Shown one piece after another: positions 10,922 to 35,350 of a stretch of 64,000 nt of DNA (position 1 is the first letter of the stretch; every line of letters starts with the position of its first letter). Source of the stretch: Nemertoderma westbladi (lineage: Eukaryota; Animalia; Xenacoelomorpha); assembly GCA_032718475.1 (NCBI GenBank), contig JAUCBJ010008178.1:62001-126000 (forward strand), read 5' to 3'. The notes beneath the pieces are model-generated. The model was given only the letters and a program-made list of their open reading frames with translations. It was not told the DNA's origin and ran no database searches. A program made the position numbers and the translations under genes.

Positions 10922-11205
10922 GTAAACTAATTGGTTACTTATTAATTCTATTATTTTATTTATAGACATTATTTCTGTTATGTTCTGGTATATAATAATA
11001 GTAGTATGTATGTTGCCTACATTGAAAACACATATTGTTCTAAAATATAATTAAAGTAATAATGCTGAATAATATTATAACGAACCTGCTTGGTATACAG
11101 GCGTAATGAGTAATGAGTCAAAACTTGTGATGTACTAGAAAAGCGTGAATTACTGCAACTCTCGTTGCGTTCATCCTGTACGGTCACCAAATCTTACATT
11201 ACAGT

Positions 11206-11284
11206 ACCGGTGTCGTATGTTAGAACCCGGGGGTTCTAATCCGGGTGTGGGTAAGTAACTCACTCCACCCGGCTTTATTTAGAC

Positions 11285-11322
<38 letters not shown>

Positions 11323-11657
11323 CTGGACACTGTCATCTAAAGTCAGTATTTTTATTAACTTATCCCTTTACTACCTTGCATAATCTTGTAAACTTGGTTT
11401 ATTGTTTTGGTTACCTCAACTCGCCTGTAACCTGCTCCTTTACTCACCTGCCTACAGCACGGTACATGCAATTGGTGTTTCAGCGTTTTTACCTTTGTAG
11501 CCCAGCCAATTTAGTTTGTTTAGGGGAGCGTTCTGCATTAGTTCTGCCAAAGGGGGGGGTGGGGGGGGGGGGGGGGGGGTTCTACCATATTATGTAACTT
11601 TGACTGGGGGGAGTTATACAATGGGGAGGTGGAGCGAGTTCTACCTTATGATACCGG
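11206..11657. mobile_element. Small TA-flanked MITE-like element (Tc1/mariner/pogo-type ends) with internal poly-C and poly-G tracts
   Basis: Left end ta|ccggtgtcgtatgttagaac; right end (reverse complement) ta|ccggtatcataaggtagaac. Internal aactcactccacc pairs with ggtggagcgagtt. Confidence 0.5.
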
Positions 11658-11895
11658 TACTGGACAAAATTATATATCGTCCAACATCTTAAATATTGTA
11701 GGTACAATGAATTTTGAAAAATTATTTGGGGATTTGTAACTTAGTTGTGCAAATAATGTTATTTTATAGTTTCCGACGGAAAATTTTAGACATTTTTGAC
11801 CTTTTTTTTTAAATAATTATCCGTTACTATGGAATCGAGCTCTGTGATACTTACTAACTACAGTTTGTATTGTAACTCCCAATCATTTCATTTAG

Positions 11896-11989
11896 TATGT
11901 CCAAGAGGGTAATGCTCAATAACTTTGCTCAGCATTTGATCAAGATGGAAGCAGACAGTGAAATTCGTTATTCTGAAGAGTATCAGAAT
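11896..11989 (+). CDS. R3-type RPTP exon (pre-catalytic helix)
   Basis: tttag|T...AAT|gtgagt; MSKRVMLNNFAQHLIKMEADSEIRYSEEYQN resembles the PTPRB/PTPRO 'ADS...SEEY' segment. Confidence 0.9.
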
Positions 11990-12215
11990 GTGAGTCGGTA
12001 TATTATTATGTTGTAACTAAAACGACTAACTTACGACTATAATGTGAAAAATACTAAATTTAGAGAGGTTAATATTCAGTTACATTCACCGGAATTACAT
12101 CCTGGAGTTCCAGAATTCGATTCCGGGTGTAATTAATGTTGGGTTTGCGAAATTCTTACGAATTGAACTATTACAGTAAATATCGATGTCTTTGAATCAA
12201 TGTTTGTTGCTATAG

Positions 12216-12467
<252 letters not shown>

Positions 12468-12834
12468 TGACATCTTTATTTCCCAATGTAATTCACGTTT
12501 TCCCAACTAGAAAGCCAACCAGCTGGCTTTAAACGAACCTGCCCCTCAAACCCCCTGAGTGCCCGAAAATGAAAACACCGCCATATCAAATCAAAACCGC
12601 TATATTTCAGTGACCTCCGTGATCGAAACGCCACAAAAAATATACAGTCTTGTGCGCAACCAAAATTTATGTATAGAGTTTGTTATTAAAATGTTTGCGT
12701 ACCGCCTTGAGTTTTTGAGATATTGGATGGTTATACACACATACACACACACACACCTAACCACATCGTGTTTTTGAACGGCTCAACTCTTTGACAAGAA
12801 CTACCCTGGCCTAATTTAGGCAGGTTCGTTATAA

Positions 12835-13134
<300 letters not shown>

Positions 13135-13445
13135 TAACTCCTATTTCCAAATAGCTTGTCCGTTCCGTTAACACCTGTTTCGTATGACGTGAAAGCGAGG
13201 CGTCATTATAAAGGATTGCGTGAATGCAACAATTACAATTGTAAAGAAATCAAAATATAATCACAATATTAAATTAATATAACTCAAAAGGATTTCGATT
13301 TTGGATTAAAATCACGTGTGTAAAGGTAAACTGGTAAAGTACTTTTCACTTTATAGTACTAATATATTTTTTATAATATTATCATTACTTAGATTGATTT
13401 ATTTTGTTTAAACGTTAATCTTGTAATTATTGGCACTACAAACAG

Positions 13446-13574
13446 ATTAAATGCGATCGGTATTGGCCTCGCGACGATAAACCCACCTACTACGGCGATA
13501 TCGTTGTTAACCGTCTGTCAGAAACAACCAATCAGCGCATAGAATGGCGAACCACTGAGCTACTAGTAGAGAAG
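13446..13574 (+). CDS. R3-type RPTP catalytic-domain exon, KCxxYWP variant A
   Basis: aacag|ATT...AAG|gtagcc; IKCDRYWPRDDKPTYYGDIVVNRLSETTNQRIEWRTTELLVEK; 129 nt, phase 0-0. Confidence 0.88.
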
Positions 13575-14352
13575 GTAGCCCTGCGTGGATTGGCTGGAGA
13601 TTTCTTTAGTGCATATATTTCTCTCCAGATGGCGTATCATTCTCTGTTTCTGGAATGCCCATTTAACATAATGGAATGCTGTCTGTTGGTGACCCTTCTG
13701 TATTTGCTGTCTTACCAAATACAAACCCTGTTCAGTTTCACTTTCAGTTCATTTCTTATTCTGCCATTTATCACCACAATATCCAATTAGCACCTTTAAC
13801 CACCGCGGATATCAATGATTATATTCTAACAACCGAATGCTAAGTAATTTACTCTCAGCTATACAATAATTTCCAAACAAAGTAAAATAATTACACCATG
13901 TTTATAAAACAACAGCAGAATTTACAGGACAGTATGACCAATAATATTCACATAACCTATTCGGAATGTAGCTCCTAGCTAAGTTGCAAAAGCTCTCACT
14001 GTGTGTGCTACCATCTTGGTGTATGTATCATGTCAACCGAACCGAACAATATATCAGGAACCCTATCTAGGACATTTTGTCTCAAAAAATATCTGTGGTT
14101 CTAAAATCCGCCGCCTTGGACTTTTTGTCCCGTACTATTTGTCTCGGACTTTTCGTTCCGGCGGACCCTTTGTCCCGGATTTTGGCAACGGACGTGAGAC
14201 AATCGGAAGCAGATGGCACCAGATCCCTGGTACTACAATGTCGGTCACTGCTACAGCCCGGAGGGACAGACCTGTTTACAACATAGTAACTATGACAAAC
14301 TTTTGGCTTCATCAGACACGGTGGCCAGCAAGGCAATAATCTATGGCTTCTC

Positions 14353-16258
14353 ATGTAGTAACTTTTCTACTGCCTTGTCCTGTAGTAACTCTACAGCCTC
14401 CCCCTGTAGTAACTCTACAGCCTCCCACTGTAGTAACTCTACAGCCTCCCCATGTAGTAACTCTACAGCCTCCTCCTGTAGTAACTCTACAACCTCCCCA
14501 TGTAGTAACTCTACAGCCTCCCACTGTAGTAACTCCTACAGCCTCCCCCTGTAGTAACTCTACTGCCTCCCCCTGTAGTAACTCTACAGCCTCCCCCTGT
14601 AGTAACTCTACAGCCTCCCCCTGTAGTAAGTAACTCTACAGTCTCCTCCTGTAGTAACTCTAAAATCTCCCTCTATTAGTAACTCTACAGCCTCCCCCTG
14701 TATTTACTCTACAACCTCCTCCTGTAGTAACTCGACTGCCTCTTCCTGTAGTAACTCTACAGCCTCCCCCTGTAGCAACTCTACAACCTCCCCTGTAGTA
14801 ACTCTACAACCTCCCCCTATTAGTAACTCTACAGCCTCCCCCTGTAGTAACTCTACAACCTTCCCCTGTAGTAAGTAACTCTACAGCCTCCTCCTGTAGT
14901 AACTCTACAGCCTCCCACTGTAGTAACTCTACAGCCTCCCCATGTAGTAACTCTACAGCCTCCTCCTGTAGTAACTCTACAACCTCCCCATGTAGTAACT
15001 CTACAGCCTCCCACTGTAGTAACTCCTACAGCCTCCCCCTGTAGTAACTCTACTGCCTCCCCCTGTAGTAACTCTACAGCCTCCCCCTGTAGTAACTCTA
15101 CAGCCTCCCCCTGTAGTAAGTAACTCTACAGTCTCCTCCTGTAGTAACTCTAAAATCTCCCTCTATTAGTAACTCTACAGCCTCCCCCTGTATTTACTCT
15201 ACAACCTCCTCCTGTAGTAACTCGACTGCCTCTTCCTGTAGTAACTCTACAGCCTCCCCCTGTAGCAACTCTACAACCTCCCCTGTAGTAACTCTACAAC
15301 CTCCCCCTATTAGTAACTCTACAGCCTCCCCCTGTAGTAACTCTACAACCTTCCCCTGTAGTAAGTAACTCTACAGCCTCCTCCTGTAGTAACTCTACAG
15401 CATCCCCCTGTAGTAACTCTACAGCCTCCCCCTGTAGTAACTCTACAGCCTCCACCTGTAGTAACTCTACTGCCTCTTCCTGTAGTAACTCTACAGCCTC
15501 CCCTGTAGTAACTCTACAGTCTCCTCCTGCAGTAACTCTACAGCCTCCCCCTGTAGTAACTCTACAGCCTCCCCCTGTAGTAACTCTACAGCCTCCCCCT
15601 GTAGTAACTCTACAACCTCCCCCTGTAGTAACTCTCTTTGCCCTGTAGTAACTCTGTAGTTTTGCCCTTTAGTATCTGTACAGTCTTGCCCTGTAGCAAC
15701 TCTCATCCCCCTGTAGTAACTCTACAGCCTCCCCTGTAGTAACTCTACAGTCTCCTCCTGCAGTAACTCTACAGCCTCCCCCTGTAGTAACTCTACAGCC
15801 TCCCCCTGTAGTAACTCTACAGCCTCCCCCTGTAGTAACTCTACAGCCTCCCCCTGTAGTAACTCTCTTTGCCCTGTAGTAACTCTGTAGTTTTGCCCTT
15901 TAGTATCTGTACAGTCTTGCCCTGTAGCAACTCTCATCCCCCTGTAGTAACTCTACAGCCTCCCCTGTAGTAACTCTACAGTCTCCTCCTGCAGTAACTC
16001 TACAGCCTCCCCCTGTAGTAACTCTACATCCTCCCCCTGTAGTAACTCTACAGCCTCCCCCTGCAGTAACAGCCTCCTCCTGCAGTAACTCTACAGCCTC
16101 CTCCTGTAGTAACTCTACACCCTCCCCCTGTAGTAACTCTCTTTGCCCTGTAGTAACTCTGTAGTTTTGCCCTTTAGTAACTCTACAGTCTTGCCCTGTA
16201 GCAACTCTCCTTGCCCTGTAGTAACTCTGCAGTTTTACCCTGTAGTAACTGTAGTAAC
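14353..16258. repeat. 24-bp minisatellite (CTGTAGTAACTCTACAGCCTCCCC)n, ~75-80 copies, with ~485-bp and ~231-bp internal duplications
   Basis: Visible tandem array; the unit contains the hairpin CTGTAG-TAACT-CTACAG. Confidence 0.96.
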
Positions 16259-16498
16259 AGCCTGTTGATAACGTACCACCCCGATGTTAATTAGGTCGAT
16301 CTCAAATATTAGTTTTTATTTTATAATTTTGTTTTATTCCTCGCCTCACCTTATAGTGTTCCAATATGAGATATTTTGCCATATAAGGCAATGTCTTTTA
16401 TTTCAGAGGTAATCTACTAATAAATAGGTTATAGTTTATACCAAAGCCAGTTGTTGCTGTTCAATATTCACTAAAGTGACGTATGTGGCTATTTATAG

Positions 16499-16621
16499 GA
16501 TAAATGTGACCATTACTGGCCGTACGATTCCACTGGGGTCTATTACAAAAATCTATTAGTCACAATGACTGAGGAGAAGATAGAAAAGGAATGGATTGTT
16601 AGATATTTTGTTATAACACAG
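16499..16621 (+). CDS. R3-type RPTP catalytic-domain exon, KCxxYWP variant B
   Basis: ttatag|GAT...CAG|gtagag; DKCDHYWPYDSTGVYYKNLLVTMTEEKIEKEWIVRYFVITQ; 123 nt, phase 0-0; paralogous to 13446-13574. Confidence 0.88.
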
Positions 16622-16809
16622 GTAGAGAACTCAAGTAGATAGTATACGTAGATATCAGTAACACTACAATCGTGCTTTATCGATTCGCTTTATTTCAACA
16701 CTACAAATAATATACGCACGTCTGTATTACTGCTTCCATTGCAGCTAATAAACATTTAACACAACTCGAATACATTTATTGTTGCTGCTTTTTGCGTGGG
16801 TTACAGTAA

Positions 16810-18436
16810 GGACAACCAAAACACAGTAATGGCAACCCTGAGATAGTACGGGATAGGACAATAAATTAAACCCAGGGACACTGAGGTCAAACCAGGAACA
16901 GGAAGGAAAACCCAGGGAGAATAAGGGGGCAACCAAGGGAAAGTAAGGGGGCAACCCAGGGACCAGTGGGGAACTCAGGGACCAATAAGGGGCAACCCAG
17001 GGACAGTAAGTGGGCAACCCAGGGGCCAGTAAGGGTGCAACCCAGGGACCATTGGGGGGGCAACTCAGGGATCAGTAAGTGGCAACCCAGGGACAGTAAA
17101 CACAGGGACACGTAATGGGGCAACCCAGGGACCAATAAGTGGGCAACCCAGGGGCCAGTAAGGGTGCAACCCAGGGACCATTGGGGGGCAACTCAGGGAT
17201 CAGTAAGTGGCAACCCAGGGACAGTAAACACAGGGACACGTAATGGGGCAACACAGGGACCAATAAGGGGGCAACCCAGGGACAAGTAAGTGGCAACCCA
17301 AGGACCAGTAAGGGGGAAACCCAGGGACCAATAAGGGGGCAACCCAAGGACAACTAAGTGGGAAACCCAGGGACCAGTAAGGGGGCAACCCAGGGACCAG
17401 TAAGGGGGCAACCCAGGTATACCAGTAAGTGTGCAACCCACGACCACTAAGGGGGTAACCCAAGGACCATTAAGTGGGCAACCCAGGGACCAATAAGTGT
17501 GCAAAACAGGGACCCGTAACGGGTCAACCCAGGGACCAATAAGGGGCAACCCAGGGCCAGTATGGGGGCAACCCAGGGACCAGTAAGGGGGCAACCCAGG
17601 TACCAGTTATGGGGAAACCCAGGGTCCAGTATGGGGGCAACCCAGAGACAAGTAAGCGGAAATCCCATGGACCAGTAAGGGGGCAACCCACGGACAGTAT
17701 AGGGGCAACTCAGGGACCAGTAAATTGGCAATCCAGGGACCAATTAGGGGGAATCCCATGGGCCAGTATGGGGGCAACCCAGGGACCAGTAAGGGGGCAA
17801 CCCAGGTACCAGTTATGGGGAAACCCAGGGTCCAGTATGGGGGCAACCCAGAGACAAGTAAGCGGAAAACCCATGGACCAGTAAGGGGGCAACCCACGGA
17901 CAGTATAGGGGCAACTCAGGGACCAGTAAATTGGCAATCCAGGGACCAATTAGGGGGAATCCCATGGGCCAGTAAGGGGGCAACCCAGGTACCAGTAAGG
18001 GGGCAACCCAGGGACCATTAAGTGTGCAACCCAAGACAGTAAGGGGGCAACACAGGGACAGTAAGGGAGCAACCCAGGGACCTGTAAGTGGCAATTCAGG
18101 GTAAGTGGCAACCCAGGGACCAGTAAGGGGGCAACCCAGGGACCAGTAAGAGGGCAACTCAGTTACAAGTAAGTGGCAACCCAGGGACAGCAAGGGGGCA
18201 ACCCACGGTCAGTATAGGGGCAACTCAGGGGCCATTAAGTGGGCAACCCAGGGATCAGTATGGGGGCAACTCAGTGACCAGTAAGGGGGCAACTCAGGGG
18301 CCATTAAGTGGGCAAGCAACCCAGGGACCAGTAAGGGGGCAACTCAGTGACCAGTAAGGGGGAAACCCAGGGACCAGTAAGGGGGAAACCCAGAGACCAG
18401 TAAGGGTGCAACCCAGTGACCAGGGGACCAGTAAGG
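16810..18436. repeat. Degenerate G-rich ~23-bp minisatellite (AGGGACCAGTAAGGGGGCAACCC)n
   Basis: Visible, diverged tandem array with local higher-order duplications (e.g. a ~206-bp block at 17555-17970). Confidence 0.92.
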
Positions 18437-18867
18437 CAAAAACAGTTTAACTCAAGTTTCAACACATTTTACCTATACATATCATTACTCCCATACATGT
18501 GCTGTGCATGTATTTAACATAGTTTGTTTCATTTACGCTTGTTTGCATTTATTGCATGTTAACATTTGCGCTTGTTTTAAATATTTTAGTATTGATTTAG
18601 TATTTTAATATAAATGGTACTTTTAAAACAATATTTTTCAAACCTTACACTACTAAAATAATTGTGATTTAAAGTATTGCACAATTATATTCTCTAGGCT
18701 TTTTTTGTTAAAAGCTTTATGTTTCTAAGAAGGGCTCATTTTGTTTCTCATTTTTTATTGCTAAAATAATTACGTGTATTATATAATATTATATAATTTA
18801 ATTACTAATTATTTTCAAACTAACTCGACTCCTTTACTAATATCCTGACTGTTTTTTTTTGTTTCAG

Positions 18868-18876
18868 GAATCTGAG
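18868..18876 (+). CDS. Candidate 9-nt microexon (Glu-Ser-Glu) of the RPTP
   Basis: Long poly-T tract, then tttcag|GAATCTGAG|gtaatt, with upstream ACTAAC/CTGAC branch-like motifs; frame-preserving phase 0-0. Confidence 0.55.
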
Positions 18877-19065
18877 GTAATTGGTTGAGTATTAATTTTC
18901 ACAAAACATACGTAACCTACTAATATATTATTATATTGCCTATGTTACTAAAATTATTCATAATTGATTGTGTAAGTAAGTTACTTAAGGAACTGATTGT
19001 GTATGTTACTAAAAGTACAAAAAAATACTTTACCTTTTGGAGACACCCAGTTTTGGGAGGATTAA

Positions 19066-19995
19066 CCCTTGAAATGGTGAAAAGAGTTTTGTGAGGGCCA
19101 ATTCCACTTGGTGGGAGTTTTTCTAATGGTAGTATCTGACTTGGTGAGAACTCATATATGAGTTTATGAGCCAACGTCTGGACTGGGTAGAGATTATATT
19201 TTTTGCTATTCCTCCTTGGTGAGAGGTTTTCTTTTATAAAGCTCGAAAAAATTTATGTAAATTTAAGAATTGAATGCGGAATTATATCAGTTTGGAATTC
19301 ATAAAAAGAATGGCTTGAAAATTATTCGTAAAATTCGATTTTTTTATGTAAAAATCTAATTGCTGAAAATGTTTTTTATCGAGTAAGACTAATTATTTTA
19401 AAATAGCTGCGAATTAGTAAATTAGCGATAGACTGCGTAATTTTCAACTTCAGAGGCCGTTATATCTATCATCTGAAAGAGGAGAAAATGACCTTCAACC
19501 TGGTGCTTATACTTTGTTTATGTGACTTATAACAATGAAGCGGCCATTAGTTGAAATTGCCTATAGTGATCGTCTGGGGTCAAATCAACTAAAAGCTCAT
19601 CAACAACCCAATACAATTGGCCTGGTGACGTTGACAGGTTTTTGTGGGGGTCAGAGTAAAACGCGGATCCGGATCCGGATTCTACATTTAACATTGTCTC
19701 TACGGAAGTCGATTTTTTTTACATTTTTATAACTCCCAAAAATAAAACTATAACCTGTTCTATTGACTTTAGTTTATTGTTTTGGTTAAAATAACGTGCC
19801 ACAAAATTCCCACCAAGTACAACGTACTCTCATTAATTTTCACCAAGTACAACGTACTCTCATTAATTTTCACCAAGTCAGAATAGATTTCATTAATAAT
19901 TCCCACCAAGTACAACAAACTGACAATCGCAGAACTCATTTTTGAGTTTTCACCAAGTCGAGATGGCGTTTAGAAAATCCTCACCAGTTTAAGGG
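19066..19995. mobile_element. piggyBac-type non-autonomous element (930 bp)
   Basis: TTAA|CCCTTGAAATGGTGA ... TCACCAGTTTAAGGG|TTAA: TTAA TSD, CCC/GGG ends, and subterminal CTTGGTG / CACCAAG repeats in inverted orientation. Confidence 0.85.
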
Positions 19996-20550
19996 TTAAT
20001 AAGTTTTGTTTGTATATATGCATTGGAATTATACATTTATTATACACGTTAGTTCTTATGATGATTTTCAATGAAAAAATATAAATTTGAATTTCCCTTC
20101 CATTTTATTCAATTTTTTTTATTTTCAGTCGATATGCTAAGTACAACTCTCTCCCTACGTCATTTTTTAATCAATTCGATTGAAATTTTCAGACAATGAT
20201 CTTTACATATTGATGTTTGATCAGAAGTGTAATTTTAAACAAAAAATCACATTTTTTATTTTTTCAAATAATCTGCCGAAAACAGCTCAAACATTTCATT
20301 CCAATGTCTTTAAGTTTTATCTGTCAAGACCAACAACTTTATCATGTCAATGTTCCCAAAATACTGTATCATGTGTAAACAGGAACTCAAACCAGTGAAA
20401 TTGTTGAATAGTGCCACGGGTGCTAATATCATTTTATATTACTAATATTTCAGCAGTGTGAAATAAAGTGATATAATTATTCCCAAAACAAAATTAATTT
20501 TTTTTATATTTTCCTCAGCACAATAATTCCTCCCATCTTTTGCCTTATAG

Positions 20551-20705
20551 GGCGGGAAGCAGTTACTTGTACGTCACTTTAATTTCATTGGCTGGCCTGA
20601 CCATGGTGTCCCTGCAACCTGCATTGGTCTACTGGCCTTTATTAGGGAAGTTCGTAGCCACATAGTATCTGGCCCTGGGCAACCGCCTGTGTTGGTGCAT
20701 TGCAG
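20551..20705 (+). CDS. R3-type RPTP exon (WPD loop, start of the VHCS active site)
   Basis: ttatag|GGC...AG|gtaagt; GGKQLLVRHFNFIGWPDHGVPATCIGLLAFIREVRSHIVSGPGQPPVLVHC(S). Confidence 0.97.
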
Positions 20706-21082
20706 GTAAGTTTAATAATGAATCAGGTTGGATGATGACGCAGAAATACGAGGCACCCCCCCCCCCCCCCCTCCCTTTAAACCTCCAACACCAAAATAAA
20801 CGTACATTAAAAAACTTAATGTGTAATAAATTATATTGCTATTGTTAATAGTATCTTCGAATTTCCCCCTTTAATTTCTATTAGTTGGATATATAGACAG
20901 TTGGGTTTTTTAATCATATTTTTAATGACGTGTATTTTGCGTTGTTGATTTACATTTATGTAGGTTATTGTATATTGTAGTGTCCCAGTTACTAAAACCG
21001 TCTCACATGGTACAGGGCTTTAGGCAAACTTATTTTAGTTTATTTCTACTTTTATATTACTTTAAGTAAAGATTTAATTTAG

Positions 21083-33500
<12,418 letters not shown>

Positions 33501-33707
33501 AATGTGCGGTATCACTTTGGTTATGGTTAAATCAGAAGACACATCCAATTTATTATATATATTGGCGAAATGTAAATTGTTTTACTCTCTTCAGGTACTA
33601 TGATCCATATATTATAAATCACAATATATTTTATGGCCACTCCGTGAGGTTAATAAAGAGGCTAATAATATAACCAATAACCAAATATGTTTATTTACCT
33701 TTTGTAG

Positions 33708-33811
33708 GTGCTATATGGTTCAGTCGGAAGCTCAGTATATATTTATACACAACACAACGTTGCACATGATACAAGAATTACAGCAGAAAACAGAAGGACA
33801 TGTGTATGATA
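33708..33811 (+). CDS. R3-type RPTP exon (Q-loop, MVQ...QY.FIH)
   Basis: ttgtag|G...A|gtaagt; CYMVQSEAQYIFIHNTTLHMIQELQQKTEGHVYD; phase matches the exon ending at 21252. Confidence 0.95.
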
Positions 33812-34162
33812 GTAAGTTGCGTATGGGTCGTTCTCACAAAAAGTGGCCAAACTTTTATGTCAATATGGCCATGCATTCGCACGGTTATATTTCCAAACGA
33901 CACAGATTTAACCCCATGAACCTATATACCAATCGGAAGAGCGGAAATCTGCTCATATTTCAGCAAATTTTCAACAGATTCCATTCACAACCTAGAGAAT
34001 GACACCATTTCAAATATCGAAAATGCATGTTTTTTGAAATGTCACATTGAATTATTTTGAAATATTTGGCTTCTGAGCTAAAGCAATGAAATTTTTATTT
34101 CGTCTTGTGTGGCATTGTTTACGATTGGTTTTGATTATCGATTGAGGTTTGGATTAGGGTTA

Positions 34163-34939
34163 GTTGGAGTTAACTCAATGGAAGACACCTTGTTATGTGC
34201 TATGTGATTGGTCGTTACCATGGTAAGTCGGATGTGAAATAAAATGTAAGGAATAAAAAATAAAATAAAAAGTTATAATAAAATTAAATACCTACTGTAG
34301 ATTTGTGAGTCATGTTATTGCCGCATAAAAACTAAAATATCAACAAATATCGTGGAAATCTAGAAGGAAATCTCCCCGTAAGTGAGTTGAGTATTCGTTT
34401 ATCCCGTAGTCTGCGGTTACTGAATTCGTCCGAACACACAATGTGAAAAAGCTCTGGTCTACTTCTCGCTAACTCTGAAGATAAATACTTTCCCCCAGTC
34501 TCAGTTGATGGGCCTAGACTGTACTGGGATGTCTCCCTGGCAGAATAGTGCAGATCAAGATAAGGTATCTTTAGTAATGAAGTTAAACTGCAGTACTACA
34601 GAATAGCCTAAATCATGAGGAAGTATTGGACTGGAGTATTATTAGAGAGCTTTTTCACATTGTGTGTTCGGACGAATTCAGTAACCGCAGACTACGGGAT
34701 AAACGAATACTCAACTCACTTACGGGGAGATTTCCACGATATTTGTTGATATTTTAGTTTTTATGCGGCAATAACATGACTCACAAATCTACAGTAGGTA
34801 TTAAATTTTATTATAACTTTTTATTTTATTTTTAATTTCTTACATTTTATTTACAGAAGTAACAACCGAATGACCATGGCAACGACCAATCACATGCCAC
34901 ACAGCAAGGTAGGTGTGTCTTCCATGATGTGAACTCCAA
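34163..34939. mobile_element. Foldback/MITE-like element with ~290-bp inverted arms
   Basis: 34237-34455 is a near-perfect reverse complement of 34647-34852, with diverged pairing extending outward; spacer ~190 bp. Confidence 0.8.
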
Positions 34940-35087
34940 GCCATCTAACTCAATTATTTGAGATAGCGGATATGTACTAAGTACACTATAAACAGCGCGA
35001 AATCGCGCAAAGGTCCGCGTCTACTAACGCATGAACTCGTCTCCTTGAATTGTTTACTACCAATCTTAGAACAAAAAACATTCACCG

Positions 35088-35156
35088 GAAAGTGGGATTG
35101 AACTCGGTACCTAGAGATTCCAAGTCCAACGCTCTGCCAACTTCGCCACTGCGCCG
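35088..35156 (-). pseudogene. tRNA-derived SINE head / tRNA pseudogene
   Basis: Minus strand ggcgcagtggcgaagttggcagagcgttggacttggaatctctaggtaccgagttcaatcccac has a Pol III A box (TGGCGAAGTTGG) and B box (GAGTTCAATCC), but the anticodon and acceptor stems do not pair. Confidence 0.65.
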
Positions 35157-35309
35157 TATGAAGCTTATAAAGCTCCAACAACAACAACAACAACGGAGTG
35201 AATACTAGAGGTCTCGCTACGCGGACGTAAAAAAAACCGAGGATTTCAAATCCTCTTAGAGGCTCCGATGTATTTCTTCTGTTTATATATATATTTTTTA
35301 TTCATACAG

Positions 35310-35350
35310 ACCCAGTCTATTGTAACGAGAGCAGAGAGAATCAAGTATAG
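35310..35350 (+). CDS. R3-type RPTP last coding exon
   Basis: atacag|AC CCA GTC TAT TGT AAC...GTA TAG gives the C-terminus ...HVYDNPVYCNESRENQV*, with YxN motifs typical of R3 RPTP tails; phase 1 matches the previous exon. Confidence 0.8.

Noticed and set aside
16395-16414. tttcagAGgtaatc as a 2-nt microexon or recursive splice site
   Set aside because: It would shift the frame, and such motifs arise by chance in AT-rich introns; unsupported without RNA data.
13446-16621. Second (D2) phosphatase domain or a second PTP gene explaining the duplicate KCxxYWP exon
   Set aside because: All other PTP motifs occur exactly once and in order, so only this exon is duplicated.
14213-18193. Ser/Cys-rich and Pro/Gly/Trp-rich ORFs
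   Set aside because: Translations of the 24-bp and ~23-bp minisatellites.
35088-35156. Functional tRNA gene
   Set aside because: A and B boxes are present, but the acceptor and anticodon stems do not pair; treated as a SINE head or pseudogene.
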